Positions 25,557-39,472 are shown, counted from the first letter of the stretch. The stretch: DNA of 64,000 nt from Octopus sinensis (GCF_006345805.1 NC_042999.1:38130001-38194000); one strand, 5' to 3'. Translations and numbers: made by a program. The notes: generated by a model from the sequence alone, not told the origin.

Positions 25557-25690
25557 AGGCGGTGAGCTGCCGGAGGAATCGTTACCATGTCGGACAAAAT
25601 CCCTTACTAGTATATTTTGCGACATTTTACGTTCTGAGTTCAAATTCCGTCGAGGTTCCATCCCTTGAAGATCGATGAAGTACAGCATAA
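25557..25690 (+). mobile_element. SINE head fragment (53101 family)
   Basis: GGCGGTGAGCTG...GAATCGTTA...GTTCTGAGTTCAAATTCCG. Confidence 0.65.
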
Positions 25691-26199
25691 GTCAGGTATT
25701 TGGTTGCAACCAACTAATCCTTCTCCTTAAAATCACTGCTTTTCTACCAAAATTCGAAAGCATTACAAGAGGCGCAGACAAAGCTTATTAATTAAATGAT
25801 TTGAATGAACCAAAATAGATCTAGTGAATGAAATAAATCTGCTAGGGTATTTTGGGGATTTACAATAGGCTACACCCACGATAAAGGCCTTGTATAGTGA
25901 GTACTTCAAGGAAAAGGTGACACTTAAATCACAGTAAAGGTGAAAAAAAGCGTTATATGCAAAATATTTTTAAAAAAGGGCAGATATAATATGTGTGACA
26001 GTGTTACGGACTGTGTGTTTAGCTAGTAGGTGAGCTAGTAGGTGAGCGAACAATAATAGGAACAAAACTGTAATCATATCTTGTTAGAACTAATATCACA
26101 ATCTCCTTAAAAGACCTATTGACTGACAGATGATGTTAGCTTCATGGTACATATGGCATAACATGTCAACAATACATGATGGTTGTATACTTTAGAAAG

Positions 26200-26329
26200 T
26201 CGCTTTGCAACCACGCTTTCTAGATTTAGTCCCAACGCGATGCGCCTCCAGCTTGTCTTCTCAAGCTGAAGCTCGGAACTGGCCAATGTCTTCTGATTGA
26301 ATGTGAAGGAGGGAAACTGGAAGTCCGTC

Positions 26330-26398
<69 letters not shown>

Positions 26399-26590
26399 TG
26401 TGCGCGCGCGCTTGTGTTCCTTCCACACATGCCGGTTTGTGTACCCTCCCGTAACTTAGAAGTTAGGCCAAGGAGATGGAGATGGTTAGAGTAAGTAACA
26501 GACTCAAAATCAAGAAATGTGATTAGTTCGACTAAACGCTTCGAGGCTGTACCTTAGAATAGCCGCTGTTTAACCACCTACGAAATAAGA
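26200..26590 (+). mobile_element. Decayed SINE (20616 family)
   Basis: Internal (TA)(TG) microsatellite, CCCGTAACTTAG and GACTAAA motifs in the expected order. Confidence 0.55.
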
Positions 26591-27014
26591 AAAACAGTAA
26601 TAAAATAATATAGGAAAATATAGTCTATGAAAATGAGATACTTTTCCCAAAATGTTTTAAGAACTGACAGGTTAAAGAAAAAAGTTAAGTTAGTGGATAA
26701 TGTGGATAGGTATTACATTAATAGGAAGAAAACAAAACCGAAACTACAGTAATCTGACCAGGGAGTAAGATTTATTGAAAGAGACTAAGAAAAAGAAAAA
26801 TATGACCCACAATGAGAAAGCCAACGTACATAATATAAGCCCAAAGATGACACACACAAATCGTGTATAGAGAGAAAAAAAAACAAAAACAAAATACAGC
26901 AGCTTAATATGCAAGATTAAGAGTGTTAAATGTAACAATACAATTAAAAGCAAGCGTATAATAAATTGAATAGAATATTAAGAAATGTATTGGGAATTTC
27001 TCTTTAGTCTGTTA

Positions 27015-27385
27015 TCTTTTACCTTTTACTTGGTTCAGTCGTTTGACTGCAACCATGCTGGGGTATAGCCCTTTAAATTTAGTCGAATGTATCGATCCCA
27101 GTATTCATTTTTTAAAGCCAAGTTCTGACTCTGTCTGGCCCTTTTGCTGATCTGCTAAGTTACGGGGACATAAACACACCAGCACCGTTTGTCAAGTGAT
27201 GGTGGGGACAAACACAGACACAAAGACACACACACACAGACACACACATGTCTACCAGATCCATTCACAGGGCTTTGGTTGGTCTGAGGCTATAGCAGAA
27301 GACACTTACCTAGCGTGCGACACAGTGGAACTGATCCCGGAACTATGTGGTTTGGAAGCAAGCTTCTTACCACACAACCATGCTC
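27015..27385 (-). mobile_element. SINE (20616 family), reverse copy
   Basis: Reverse complement aligns to 20616-21036 from head to tail. Confidence 0.75.
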
Positions 27386-28047
27386 AGCTATGTAGCAATA
27401 TTCCGCAAGAGAGGAACGAGTGTTATATACAATGAATGCAATTTATGATACGGTGAACATCATCACCATTTACTGTAATCAATACTTGTGTTTCCCAAAT
27501 CTATAGTTTAGTTAATTTTAGCTGTCCTTTTTGATATTGTAAAATTTTCGTTTCGAACTGATTATAATAAAAAGCTTCCACTGTAATAGTAGCCGTAGTG
27601 AGACACTGTCAAGAGGCTGCTATGGAATGAAACATGATAAGCATGATAACAGAGTTAGACACAACGGCATCCTCTATTTTGCGAGAATCACTGGATTTTG
27701 AAAGACGTGCTGCTATTAAATCTGATGCATTTAAAACATTAAAAAAAATTGATCAACGTAGAACTGACTTCCATATTAAAACAAATCTATTACATAGGAA
27801 CCGGAAACTGGATTATATGAGATATATAGGATATGCAAATGAGTTTGGAGGAATATTGCTGCTTCTCGTACCTAGGCTGTACTCGAACGAAATGTTTAAG
27901 CAAACAACTCCCAAATAAAGAAATAAAAATATGATATTAAATCAATAAGCCCTTAAGCTCATTCATTATTTGCTAATCCGATTATACGATATGCAAATAT
28001 GCAGTCGAATATAAATACGATTTTATAGCTAATACATTGAATCAAGG

Positions 28048-28083
28048 ACTACTGCTGCTGTTGCTACTACTACAACTACTACA

Positions 28084-28143
<60 letters not shown>
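28048..28143. repeat. (CTA)n microsatellite
   Basis: Direct reading. Confidence 0.95.
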
Positions 28144-28144
<1 letters not shown>

Positions 28145-28186
28145 AAAATAGCAACAACAACACAACAATAATAATGGTAAGACAAT

Positions 28187-28340
28187 TAAATCGATCCCAG
28201 TACTCAACTTGTACTTATGTACCCAAAAGGAAGAAAGGCATTGTCAGCCGCAGCGGAAATTTAATCTCAGAACACAAAGCCGGAAGGAATGCTGTTCAGC
28301 ACTTTGTCCGCCGCGCGAGTGTTAATGCCACATTATCGCC
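28187..28340 (-). mobile_element. Decayed SINE (53101 family)
   Basis: Weak alignment to 35764-35996. Confidence 0.5.
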
Positions 28341-28364
28341 TAAATAATATTAATAAAAATACTT

Positions 28365-28800
28365 TCTTTATTGGCCACAATGGCCACGCACAAATCGAAT
28401 GGTCGATAAAAAACAAGGGGACCGTGGGGATTTATATAAAACACTTGTAAACATCAACGCAATAACAACAATAAAATTATAAACAATAATTTTCCTTAAT
28501 TTGGGGAACAACCACGAGAACCACAGAGATCCCGACTCACCCTGCTCACAAGATACACCATGTCAAGAGCTCCTCTCTTCATAAATTCCATCTTGTAGGC
28601 GTTTATTCGGGCCTTTTATTCGGGCTTGTAGGTCCATTTATTCCGGCCATTCTCGCTACCTTCACTCACCTTCTAATAACTTGCTTGGAGGGAAATCTTT
28701 CTTACCAACCTCATTTTCCTTTTCATGTGGAACGCAAGCAATTTGATGAGGCCTGGACAGACGACGGAAGATCTTGTCCTCACCTCTTTTATTTATGTCC
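28365..28800 (-). mobile_element. Tx1-type LINE 3' fragment (divergent subfamily)
   Basis: FHMKRKMRL...KVARMAGINGPT resembles the ORF2 end at 46.4-46.5 kb; ends GTGGCCAATAAAGAAAG like the other Tx1 3' ends. Confidence 0.6.
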
Positions 28801-28912
28801 ATCATGCAGCCCCTTTCGCCATAGCAAAGCATTTTGCCCAGTGTACTAACGATTCTAGCAGCTCGCCACCTTAATAATAATAATGATAATAATAATAATA
28901 ATAATAATGCAG

Positions 28913-29454
28913 TACCAGGCAGTGGCTCACATGGCTTCTGATCTTAACTGATTGGAAGTGTTATCATGTACATGGTTTTGTCTTGGTATAAAAGATGGGC
29001 TACAGCAAATATTCTGCTCAATACCACAGATTTGCTTGTCAGTTGTTTGACTTTAACCAGTTGAGCATGTCCCTTAGTGGCTGACGATATGTGCATCTCT
29101 GATCACGAGCAGAAGTAGTGGGGGAGCATCATAGCCATGTGTTGAGAGGGATTCTTTGGGGTTTGAATAATTCACCTCTGGAAACATGGGTGGTTCTTCC
29201 AACATCCTTAGACAACCCTTATTCAGGGACCTTTTGAGCGGGATGGGCTACTCAACCTGAAGAAACTTCTAACTGGGCCCCACCTGCAAGGTCATGTGCT
29301 GTTTATCTTAATATGAGATCACCATGTCGCGCACATATGGTTGCGATGCATGTGCCTGGTGTACCCTTATCAGACGGGTAGTCATGATGGGTATATTGGG
29401 CTTCGTATATTTTACCCCAGTGTCACTTTGATGGCATGAACTGCTCTCTCACTC
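28913..29454. mobile_element. 542-bp (AAT)n-embedded repeat, copy 2
   Basis: See 153-694. Confidence 0.85.
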
Positions 29455-29479
29455 AATAATAATAATAATAATAATAATG

Positions 29480-29537
<58 letters not shown>

Positions 29538-29582
29538 CTTCAAACTTTTGCACAAGGCCAGCAAGATCGATGGTAGTAGATA

Positions 29583-29749
29583 ACTCGATTACATTTACCC
29601 CAGTGTTCAGCTTTCACGTTTTTATTGACCCTTAAAGGTTGCAAGGCAAAGTCGATCTCGGCAGCATTTGAATTCAGAACGTAAAGACGTACGAAATGCC
29701 GCCAAACAATTTTCTCGCACTGCTAACGATTCTGCCAGATCGCCGCCTT
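29583..29749 (-). mobile_element. SINE (53101 family)
   Basis: GGCAAAGTCGATCTCGGC...TTCAGAACGTA...CTAACGATTCTGCCAG..CGCCGCC. Confidence 0.7.
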
Positions 29750-29922
29750 AATAACAACACTTATAATAATGTTTTCTTTATTAACTTCTAAGGTTCGACA
29801 AAAAAGCATATCGAGGATGGTTAGAGGACGATGCAGATTGGGAGTACATAAAAAAGTGCGAGTAAAACAGAAAATATAAAGAATTGGCAGCAAGCAGAAT
29901 TTAAAACAAAGAATAACACTCT

Positions 29923-30090
<168 letters not shown>

Positions 30091-30371
30091 TGACGAAGCC
30101 ACCTTGATTATGATCCTATGAACCGTAAAAATTAATACAGAGAGTTGCTTATTTGTAAAAAAATATAACATGTGACTTCATTGACCGAGGTTACCGTGGT
30201 CTTTTCCGTAGGCTTTTCTTTCCACGGGTAAACCTCACCTGTCCTCTCCTTTACACTTCATATTGACATTTCTGTGATAATGATCCCTATTGATCGAAAA
30301 CCAAACCCCCTTTTTATCTACCTTGTAATTTGTCCTGTCTGTGTGCAACCTGTGTGGCTAATAAAGAAACA
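30091..30371 (+). mobile_element. 5'-truncated Tx1-type LINE (last ORF2 codons plus 3'UTR)
   Basis: DEATLIMIL* resembles DDSILSINL*; the UTR is near-identical to 40464-40809; (TATC)n lies directly upstream. Confidence 0.85.
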
Positions 30372-30549
30372 TATCTATCGACCTACCAACCGACCTACTA
30401 CCTACCTACCTACCTACCTACCTACCTATTATAGTACCTGAAGGCACTATGACTTCATAGAAAAAGCACCACTTCTTCGGTTCTATATTTAAAAGATGAG
30501 GAATTATGTACATTATTTACATTATTTACGCTATTTACATTCAACGGAT

Positions 30550-30935
30550 GTGGAGGCGCAATGGCCCAGTGGTTAGGGCAGCGGACTCGCGGTCGTAGGA
30601 TCACAGTTTCGTTTTCCAGACCGGGCATTGTGAGTGTTTATTGAGCGAAAACACCTAAAGCTTCACAAGGCTCCTGCAGGGGGTGGTGGTGAAACTTGCT
30701 GTACTCTTTCACCACAACTTTCTCTCACTCTTTCTTCCTGTTTCTGTTGTACCTTTATTTCAAAGGGCCAGCCTTGTCACACTCTGTGTCATGCTGAATC
30801 TCCTTGAGAACTACGTTAAGGGTACACGTGTCTGTGGAATGCTCAGCCACTTGCACGTTAATTCCACGAGCAAGCTGTTCCGTTGATCGTATCAGCTGGG
30901 ACCCTCATTGTCGTAACCGACAGAGTGCTCCTATT
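30550..30935 (+). mobile_element. tRNA-derived SINE
   Basis: GTGGAGGCGCAATGGCCCAGTGGTTAGG head; tail shared with 4360-4480. Confidence 0.75.
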
Positions 30936-30966
30936 CAACGGATATTTGTCCTCATCTTGTTTGTTG

Positions 30967-31012
30967 TTAACAGCATTTCGGCTGATATACACTCCAGCCT
31001 TCATCAGGTGTC
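30967..31012 (-). ncRNA. Hammerhead ribozyme family H3, partly degenerate
   Basis: GACAC-CTGATGA-A-GGCTG...CAGCC-GAAA is intact; the stem III / I' side is altered. Confidence 0.6.
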
Positions 31013-31104
31013 TTGATACGAAAATATTAGATTTCTAAGCCCTACAATTCACGGGCATATGGCATAGTGGTTCAGGCAGTGACCTGAATAATAATAATAA
31101 TAAT

Positions 31105-31151
<47 letters not shown>

Positions 31152-31206
31152 CAACAACATCAAGAAATATCTTAGGAATGAGAACACGGTTTCGAAATTT
31201 CCCCAA

Positions 31207-31252
31207 AACACCTGATGAAGGCTGGAGTGTATATCAGTCGAAACGTTGTGTT
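31207..31252 (+). ncRNA. Minimal type I hammerhead ribozyme (family H3)
   Basis: Stem I AACAC/GTGTT, CTGATGA 31212-31218, extra A, stem II GGCTG/CAGTC, GAAA 31240-31243, palindromic AACGTT, GUU triplet. Confidence 0.8.
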
Positions 31253-31594
31253 AACAACAAACAAGATGAAGACAAATGTAAATAACGTAAATAATGTAAA
31301 CTCCACTTCTTGTTTTCAACCCTTGCTTCTATTTTCGTAGTTTCTCAGTGATAAAAATCTGCCACAGCACTTCTGGAGACTATATAATATAAATACACTT
31401 ACATACGCACAACCATATTCATACGCAATATATATGTGTGTTTGTTCGTGCGTGAGTTAATACAGTGAGAAAGAAGCAGCACCCTTACTCTGTGTATGTC
31501 CTCTATTTTCAATATATATATATATGCATGTATTTACATTATCCTCCCACGCTTATATATAAACACATACGCACATACATGCACACGCACACAC

Positions 31595-31640
<46 letters not shown>

Positions 31641-31900
31641 GCACATTTATATGTAATCATTCTAATTATTCATATATGTTTATACATTTTGAAGTTGTCC
31701 TCCGGCAAGTATGCAAATATAGAAACTAGAGAAATGACAAGAAAGCATAGTTCTGAGCAGCTAACCCACTGCTGTCCCCAGGTAAATTTAAAAGCGAAAT
31801 CTATTTACACTATATCTGGCATATGTAACACACCGCCGCAGGAATTGTAGTACAACGTGCTTAATGTTTTCTGGCAGCATGTGTGTTCTGAGACACGTCG

Positions 31901-31934
<34 letters not shown>

Positions 31935-34075
31935 TGAGTAAAGTACATATACAAAGACCATAGGCGGATAAATACACATACACATATATATGCAGCGGTC
32001 TTATGCATCTATATGCATATTTAAGTAAAAGACAGTGTCTAGGCAGCCTGTCTATGGTCTGTTTCTTTAAATATTATTTATACAAAAAATGTAAATCTGT
32101 TTAAGTTTATTTGAGTAGATTTCCATATATTTCTTATAATATTTTCAGGAAGCGTATAATGTTTACATTCTCACATTTAGTAAGGACCGAGTGAAACTTT
32201 TGTTGCTCCCTTGTCTTGCAAACACTTTTTTCTCCACAGTATAAGAACTTTGCACTTTAGAGATGCATTTACTATAAATGGCTCAAACAAAAATGCCACA
32301 GACCTGTCTTCAGCATATCCATCGACTACTGTGTTGAACACAATATTGAGGTTTTTCATTAAAACATCTGTTGCCAAAGTTTGAGTGGTTTAAGTTAAAT
32401 AGAAACTAAATTGGGATAACCGGAATCAGCTCAATCAATATTGAAAACCATACATATTTTTTACTTTAAAATTCTGATTTGCTCACTTAGTAATTCCCAA
32501 ATGCATCATTGCAAATGACACCGAAAACAAAATAATACAAATTTTGTGGCGACTCTAAGATTCAGCAAATTATCAACTGAGCATTTGACCCAAAAGCGTT
32601 TTCTCAGTTGGTTAATCAAAGCAATATCCTCTTAAAGGCGAGAAAATGCTATTATAGAATAGATGACCGTTTTAAACAGCTAAATTCACTTGCGTCAGGT
32701 GAACATGTAACCATATAAACCATATAAGAGAATTAGTAATAGTTTTCAAAAGCAGTTCAGCAGCAAAGTTCCCAACAAAATGAAATCGAAATGCCTCCAA
32801 TGTCACACTTTTCAATCTTCGGAATCTTCTAGTAGAACGTTCCAAGCATCCTCAGTCTTCTATTCTCTAACGTTTCACGGTTTCCAGTGAAATAAGCCAA
32901 AGATTTTTGTGTTTACTGAATCAGTAAACACATTTTAGGTCAGTGACTTTTTGCTCGTAATTAACTCCGAAAGCGATACTGAAATGTGGGCATAGTATTT
33001 CTCTGGTTACTCGTTTCTTGTTACCAATTGTCACAAAAGATTTTTTGTGCATTCTTAGTTACATTATCTTTGGGTTAGTAAGCAAATAGTCAGGTCGTTA
33101 TTAATGGCGCTTTTAAACTAGCTTCATTTTCCGGGCAGGGATATTTATTCTAGCTAAAATCCCACCGCTATACTCATGTTAATGTTCTACCTGGCCAAAG
33201 TTATTTTACCCATAGCTAATACATTTAGCATATGAATTTTAGATTGTCCCTTCGTATTAATCTCCCTTCGTATTAATGAGTCAGATATTCGTTCGTCAGC
33301 ATCAAGAGCGATGAGTCCCACACCCATTTTAAAGTATATTACAAAGAGAAACTGCCTTCTGGAAACCAACCGCTCCAGTACATCATATTATCAGCTATGA
33401 TGATAATACCTTCTTGTATATTCCTTGATGAAACCGAGTAGGTTATAGTTTTAAGTGTGATTTTCGAAAGTTTATCAAGCCTAAATACTTCTAGCATCCA
33501 AACTTGTTTGACGTAATCGAATACCCTTTGAAACCAAATTCAGCAGTCACTTCACATTGCACGTAATAATTTTGTTGAGAACCTGCCTAGAATATATCGA
33601 TACCCTTTTAATCGCAGCAGTATGTTTGATTGTTTATGGCAATCTCGTTGCCACCGTAAAACCTCTGTGCAATTAGATTAATGGCTGTATAAATAGTATT
33701 TCGATGCATGCAGCTTATTAGTCAGTATTGAATTTTTTGGACATGCGAAAGTCATTGGTAAAAAAATTGTCTCTGCCTATGTCAACTTTGCCTTGGTATA
33801 TTTATATTTCTAGTGAAAACTTCCTTGCTCTTTGAGACTGATGAATGAAGTATCACCGACCGAGACGTACACCTTCCCTCTATGTGATCAACTTGAAACA
33901 TTGTTAAGATATTAAGATATTTTTTCTTGAGATGAAACCAATGGTAGCCTTAAGGCACGAATAAAGAAATTCTACTCACCAATGCAGTGTTGAGCACTCA
34001 TTCTCACCTTTCGACATTTAGGTATATATACATATATATCAACAAATAAATAACTATAGATATACATATATATAT

Positions 34076-34145
<70 letters not shown>

Positions 34146-34569
34146 GTATACATATATATATATGTATGTATTTACGCTACGTATATACATATATATGCAT
34201 ACGTATACACACTCACACTTATTCACTCACTCTCTCTCTCTCTCTCTCTCTCTCTCATACACTCATATACATAAATATATATTTATTTAACATTTGGAGA
34301 CTAAGGATTTTTTGCCATTCCGAACCAGGAAGAAACGTGTAGTTGTTGGTATTTACATAAAAGAGACTTAGCTCCGTGTATACAAGGCGCTAATATCTCC
34401 GTTATTTTGTTCAGGGCATTATCTCTGGAACCAAGATTCTTAATATTTCGCTGAAATGTGCCGCATGTTTGAATTGAAGCTACAGATACATTTACAAATA
34501 TTTGAATATCTAGACCCACACTATTCGGTATATCTACTTTCAAATATCCGCCTTGGTTGATATCATATT

Positions 34570-35461
34570 TAAACACCACCAGGCACTGAGCGGTGTTCCG
34601 CAAGGAACTGTTTTGGGACCACTGCTGTTCATAATGGCCCTCTCAGACATTCCCTCAGTCAGGCAGAGAGCCACGATCACAAGTTATGCAGAGGATACAA
34701 AAGTTTCACAGGTAATACAGAACCCTGAAGACACTATGCACCTGCAATGTGAGCTGCACGAAATATACAAGTGGGCTGAAAAGAATAGCATGTAGTTCAA
34801 TGCTGAAACGTTCCAAGCTTTATGCTATGGAGGACACTTGCCCTTAGTCACTTTGACTATTGCTCTCAGCTATGGTCACCAACCAGTGTCAAATTAATCA
34901 CAGAACTTGAGGCAATCCAGCGAAGTTACACGAAGAAGATAGCATCTATGCAGCATATAAGCTATTGGGAAAAACTCAAGAGATTAAGACTATATTCCTT
35001 AGAGCGTAGGCGAGAAAGATAAGCCATAATATACATCTGGAAGATCCTGGAATGACTTGTCCCAAACTTGGGCATATAGAGTTACACAAATACTAGAACT
35101 GGGCGCCACTGCATAGTGCCAAGGACTCCAAATTTGCCATCAAGATGTAGGACAAGATACTGCGATAGCCTGGGATTCAGAGGTCCACAGCTCTTCAATA
35201 TCCTCCTGAAGGACCTGAGAGACCTGCATGGGGTGGATGCGGATGTCTTTAAAATAAAGCTGGACCTCTTCCTGTCAGGCATCCCAGATGAACCAACTTC
35301 ACGGCAGGAGGTGCAGATGAGGGCAGCTGCATCAAATTCTCTTATGCACCAAATGTCAATTGCTAAAAAGCATTCGTGAAGTAAAATCATGTAGCAACAC
35401 CGAATGGCGGTGCCACAGCATGGCCACAGCTCGTGAGCTGAAACTATTTGAAATGAAATGA
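34570..35461 (+). mobile_element. CR1-type LINE 3' part, internally deleted
   Basis: GVPQGTVLGPLLF, YAEDTK (decayed YADD), DYCSQLWSP, LEAIQR, LYSLERRRER, GPQLFN; (GAAAT)n tail. Confidence 0.9.
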
Positions 35462-35763
35462 AATTATTACTTATGATATACCAACTACTAGTATTACTGT
35501 ATCAACTTTTATTATGCGTTTATTACTATGATAGATATTCATTTTAGATATAATTTTAAATATTATTTAGTCATTTTATATATTTACTTATTTTGAATGA
35601 TTTTCTTTTCGCACTTCATCTATGTGAAGATCTTTTCACTTCATTTTTCTTACATTTTACTGCAATGACGCTCGATAGGCCGGTCGACACCTATATATTA
35701 GCTTCCAAACATTTAGCTTTTCCCTATTTCTAGAAGTCAAATATTCTAATACTACCATTAATA

Positions 35764-35996
35764 CCTATTTCTTTACTACCCACAAGGGGCTAAACACAGA
35801 GAAGACATACAGGGACAGACAAACGGATCAAGTCGATTACATCGACCCCAGTGTGTAACTGGTACTTAATTTCTCGACCCCGAAAGGATGAAAGGCAAAG
35901 TCGACCTCGCCGGAATTTTAACTCAGAACGTAACGGCAAACGAAATACGGATAGGCATTTCGCCCGGCGTGCTAATGATTCTGCCAGCTTGCCGCC
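35764..35996 (-). mobile_element. tRNA-derived SINE (53101 family), full length
   Basis: Reverse complement of 53101-53327. Confidence 0.85.
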
Positions 35997-36369
35997 TTCT
36001 AAATTAATACCATTTACCTAACTCTCTCATATCAACTTTTTCACGTAATATTGTATTTTACCTTTATGCGATAGACATACTATTTACCAATCCTATAACA
36101 TCTCAAATAATTCACCCATAACTTTCAACATTTTATAAGCGCTCTGAAGTATTCGTAATCTAAGGAAACATAGTCTTGTAGGGACTATTATCTAAATAAA
36201 ACACATATACAGACATACACATGTACAGACATACATATGACTTATAGGCAAACGCTATTTTGTTATGCAACCATGCTAGACAGAGTGGCCCATAGTTAGG
36301 TTTACAGTTATTCAACTATCTCTTTCGCATTCATATATTAACATTTTCATTATAAAAAAATATGAAACC

Positions 36370-36832
36370 ATTTTTCAGCAAGATGGAACACCTCCACATT
36401 ATGCGTTGACAGTAAGAGACTACCTTAACCAAGCCGTTCCACGGTGTTGGTTTTGAAGAAGGGACAGCATCGAATGGCCATCTTAATCACCTGACCTGAC
36501 ACCAACGGAATTCTCCTTTTGGTGTGTGTAAAGAACAAGGTTTATGAGAATACCAGTAAATAAATTAAAAGATTACATTTCTGACGCATTTACTTAAATT
36601 GATGGAGGTCTGTATTTGTGTCACACTGTATGTCAGAGTCTTCTGAAGAGGTTTGAAGAATGTTGCAATATCGAAGGAGGACATTTTGAGCATGTGGGAG
36701 ATTAAAAATTGTCTGTTTAAGATGTGCATAAATAATACGATTGTAATATAGAAATTTAAATTTAATAAAATGTTTAAAAAAAAATTTAAGGTGCCTATGT
36801 GGGAACTATAAACCTACTTTTGGGCCATCCTG
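36370..36832 (+). mobile_element. Tc1/mariner (rosa/DD41D-like) 3' fragment
   Basis: FQQDGTPPHYA..VRDYLN...EWP..SPDLTP..F.FW; right TIR-like end GGCCATCCTG followed by TA. Confidence 0.75.
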
Positions 36833-36864
36833 TACTACAAAGTATATTAAAAGTTTAATATTTT

Positions 36865-37188
36865 GAGACCCCCTTCGGTCACGACACAGGACATGGATAG
36901 AAAGTTACCCTCCCAGGCACAAGTCCTGGCAAGGTTGTTTATAGAAGACCAGCAGTCGCCCATGCATACCAGCCTCTCCTCTCCACGTCACCAGTGTTAT
37001 CCAAGGGAAAGGCTGATACAGCTTGGCACCTGTGACGTCGCAATCATTTCTACAGCTGAGTGAACTGGAGCAACGTGAAATAAAGTGTCTTGTTCAAGAA
37101 CAAAACATGCAGCCCGATCCGGGATTCGAGCTCGCAACCTCACGATCGTAAGCTCGACGTTGTAACCACTGAGCCATGCGCCTTCACA
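36865..37188 (-). mobile_element. tRNA-derived CORE-type SINE
   Basis: GTGAAGGCGCATGGCTCAGTGGTTA head with A/B-box-like motifs and the CORE-like TTGAACAAGACACTTTATTTCACGTTGCTCCAGTTCACTCAGCTGTA. Confidence 0.85.
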
Positions 37189-39472
37189 AAAGTTTAATAT
37201 ACTGTGTAGTATATTATGGTTGCATAACGAAATACCGTGTCCCTGAAGTCATTGATATATATACGTAACAGCTTCCAGGAATGTGTTTAAGATGTAAAAT
37301 TGGTATGCCTAATAAAATTACATCGCTCTATTCAGTGGCTACCCAAGCAATGAGTTCGTGGATAAGTAATGGGTTTGCTAGGTGTTGATGACGGAGCAAA
37401 TACTCCTGAAATATGTCGTATACCCTTATCACCATTTTTATCTCCAATCTGGATGTTTGTTCATATTTGGCGTTTAGGATACGAAACATCGTAACAAAAT
37501 GAGTGCTGGCTATAATTTCTATTGAAAATCTTTGGAAGTAAACTTAGCAAGTGATATAGATGATTGGTTGTGCGTGCGCTGGTGTAAATAGGTAAACGCA
37601 CCTATTTATCAAGTAATGTATATCTATATAAAATTATTATTCTCTGCTTAAACTGACATTGCTTAAGATGAAACCAGACGGATTGTGTTAGTAATTCATT
37701 ATTGCAGGCTTCCAGCTGTGCTTCGATTTAATCTAGATTGGAATTAATAACCATATTAGATCACGCAATGTTTGGATGTAGCTATTGTGATGCATTACTT
37801 GACTCTATGAATTTTAATCTAGCTACAAGCTTGGACAGATTATGAAGGTGTATCTAAATTTGTTTCTCTGCTCTATAGCTTTTAACTTTTCTCTCATTTT
37901 TTCATTCCACACGGGTTTTCAGTTTTTAAAATATTCCAGTGCGTCCTTCTCTTCTGTCTATCTGGTATGATTGTATTTTCTATCCCGTTGGTAAAACACT
38001 GCTAAATTTAGGAAATCTAGTGCAATGTTTTGCATCAAACTCAGAAATAGACTGGCATTTATGTCCTCGTTGTTGAAAGGATAACAGATGGACCACTAAG
38101 GATTCAAATCCAGAATTCTAAAGAAACGTAATTAAAATCAGCCAAGTGCTGAGTTTTCAGTCTTCCTGCTGTTCCTCTCGACATCCTAATACGTTCCTTT
38201 CTAAATGTTGTACAACACCACATAATGTATAATGAGATACAATATTTCTTATATCCATATAGTGTGTATGTATATACAGTAAAGTTTTTAATAAACAATT
38301 GAGATGACGAAATACAACTCAGACCTCTCTTCGGTGGGGATAACATAAGTATCAGTCAAATACTGCATGTTATGCAAAACACAACACTCAAATCTCGTAA
38401 TATTTGAAGTGTTTTACCAATGGGGAAAAGATCGTACCAATCAAACAGTTAGACAGGAGGGAGAGACGGGCGGAAATGCTTTCGAAACAGAAAGGCGTTT
38501 AAAGATCGAGAGAAAAGCTCAAACCGATAAAGTAGAGAAACAAAGTTAGGTACACCACTAATATATTTGCCACGATATTCTTAGACATCAAAATGATTTT
38601 CAACATTTTATTTCGAATCAGTTTATGCCAACGAAAATAATCACTTTTGATGCGTTTCTATTGATTATCATTTCCTTCTTTCTAAGATAATGCGTAGAAT
38701 TTCCAACATCTGTTGCCGTCTTCTAGCAGAAAACAATGAAATAAAATGGTGATTCTCAACAGGGATTGGTACGAGACGTTCAAGTAGATATATTTACATG
38801 AAATATCAATAAAATGTGAAAGCAAATAAAACATAGAATTTATGAAGGCAAACCTTTTTTCGTCTACCCATCTGGTATTAGACGTAGACGTCCGCAAGTA
38901 ATTGAAATCCGCTTCGGTAAGTATTTCAAACAAAGAAATTTCCGTTTGGTAGTGTTTGAAATAAAATGGAATTCGTAGTAAAAAATGGAACACACAGCCA
39001 TTCAAATTTACAAGAATCTAGTCAGCACCACTGTCGCCTTGAACACCACGAACATTAAATTTATTTTACTAACACTGTCTTTCTCGAAATACAGTAAGAC
39101 GTAGAAAAGTATTTACAAAACCTGCAAAAAATTATATAAAATGTTATAGAATGGGCAGAAACTTTACGCTATGTATTACACAACAATAATTAAACAAATA
39201 TAAACTCACAAAATAATAAAATGCAGTGTACTAAAAAAGACACGAACTATATAATTAATGACATGATTATGAGAAAACAAAACGTAACAAAACTTCTAAT
39301 CCTTGTGATAGAAATTGGTATATCTATAGATGCGAGTAAGGATTTTCCAAGTTGGATAGACAAAATGTACCCAACGTCTGCCACAAATGCTTCTTTCACT
39401 GTGAAAATAAGCTTTTACTACTGCTTTCGGATGTTTTATCAGTTGACTTTTAAAATCTCACTATATATTTTT

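Noticed and set aside
27634-27918. 94-aa ORF
   Set aside because: No motif and no clear splice context.
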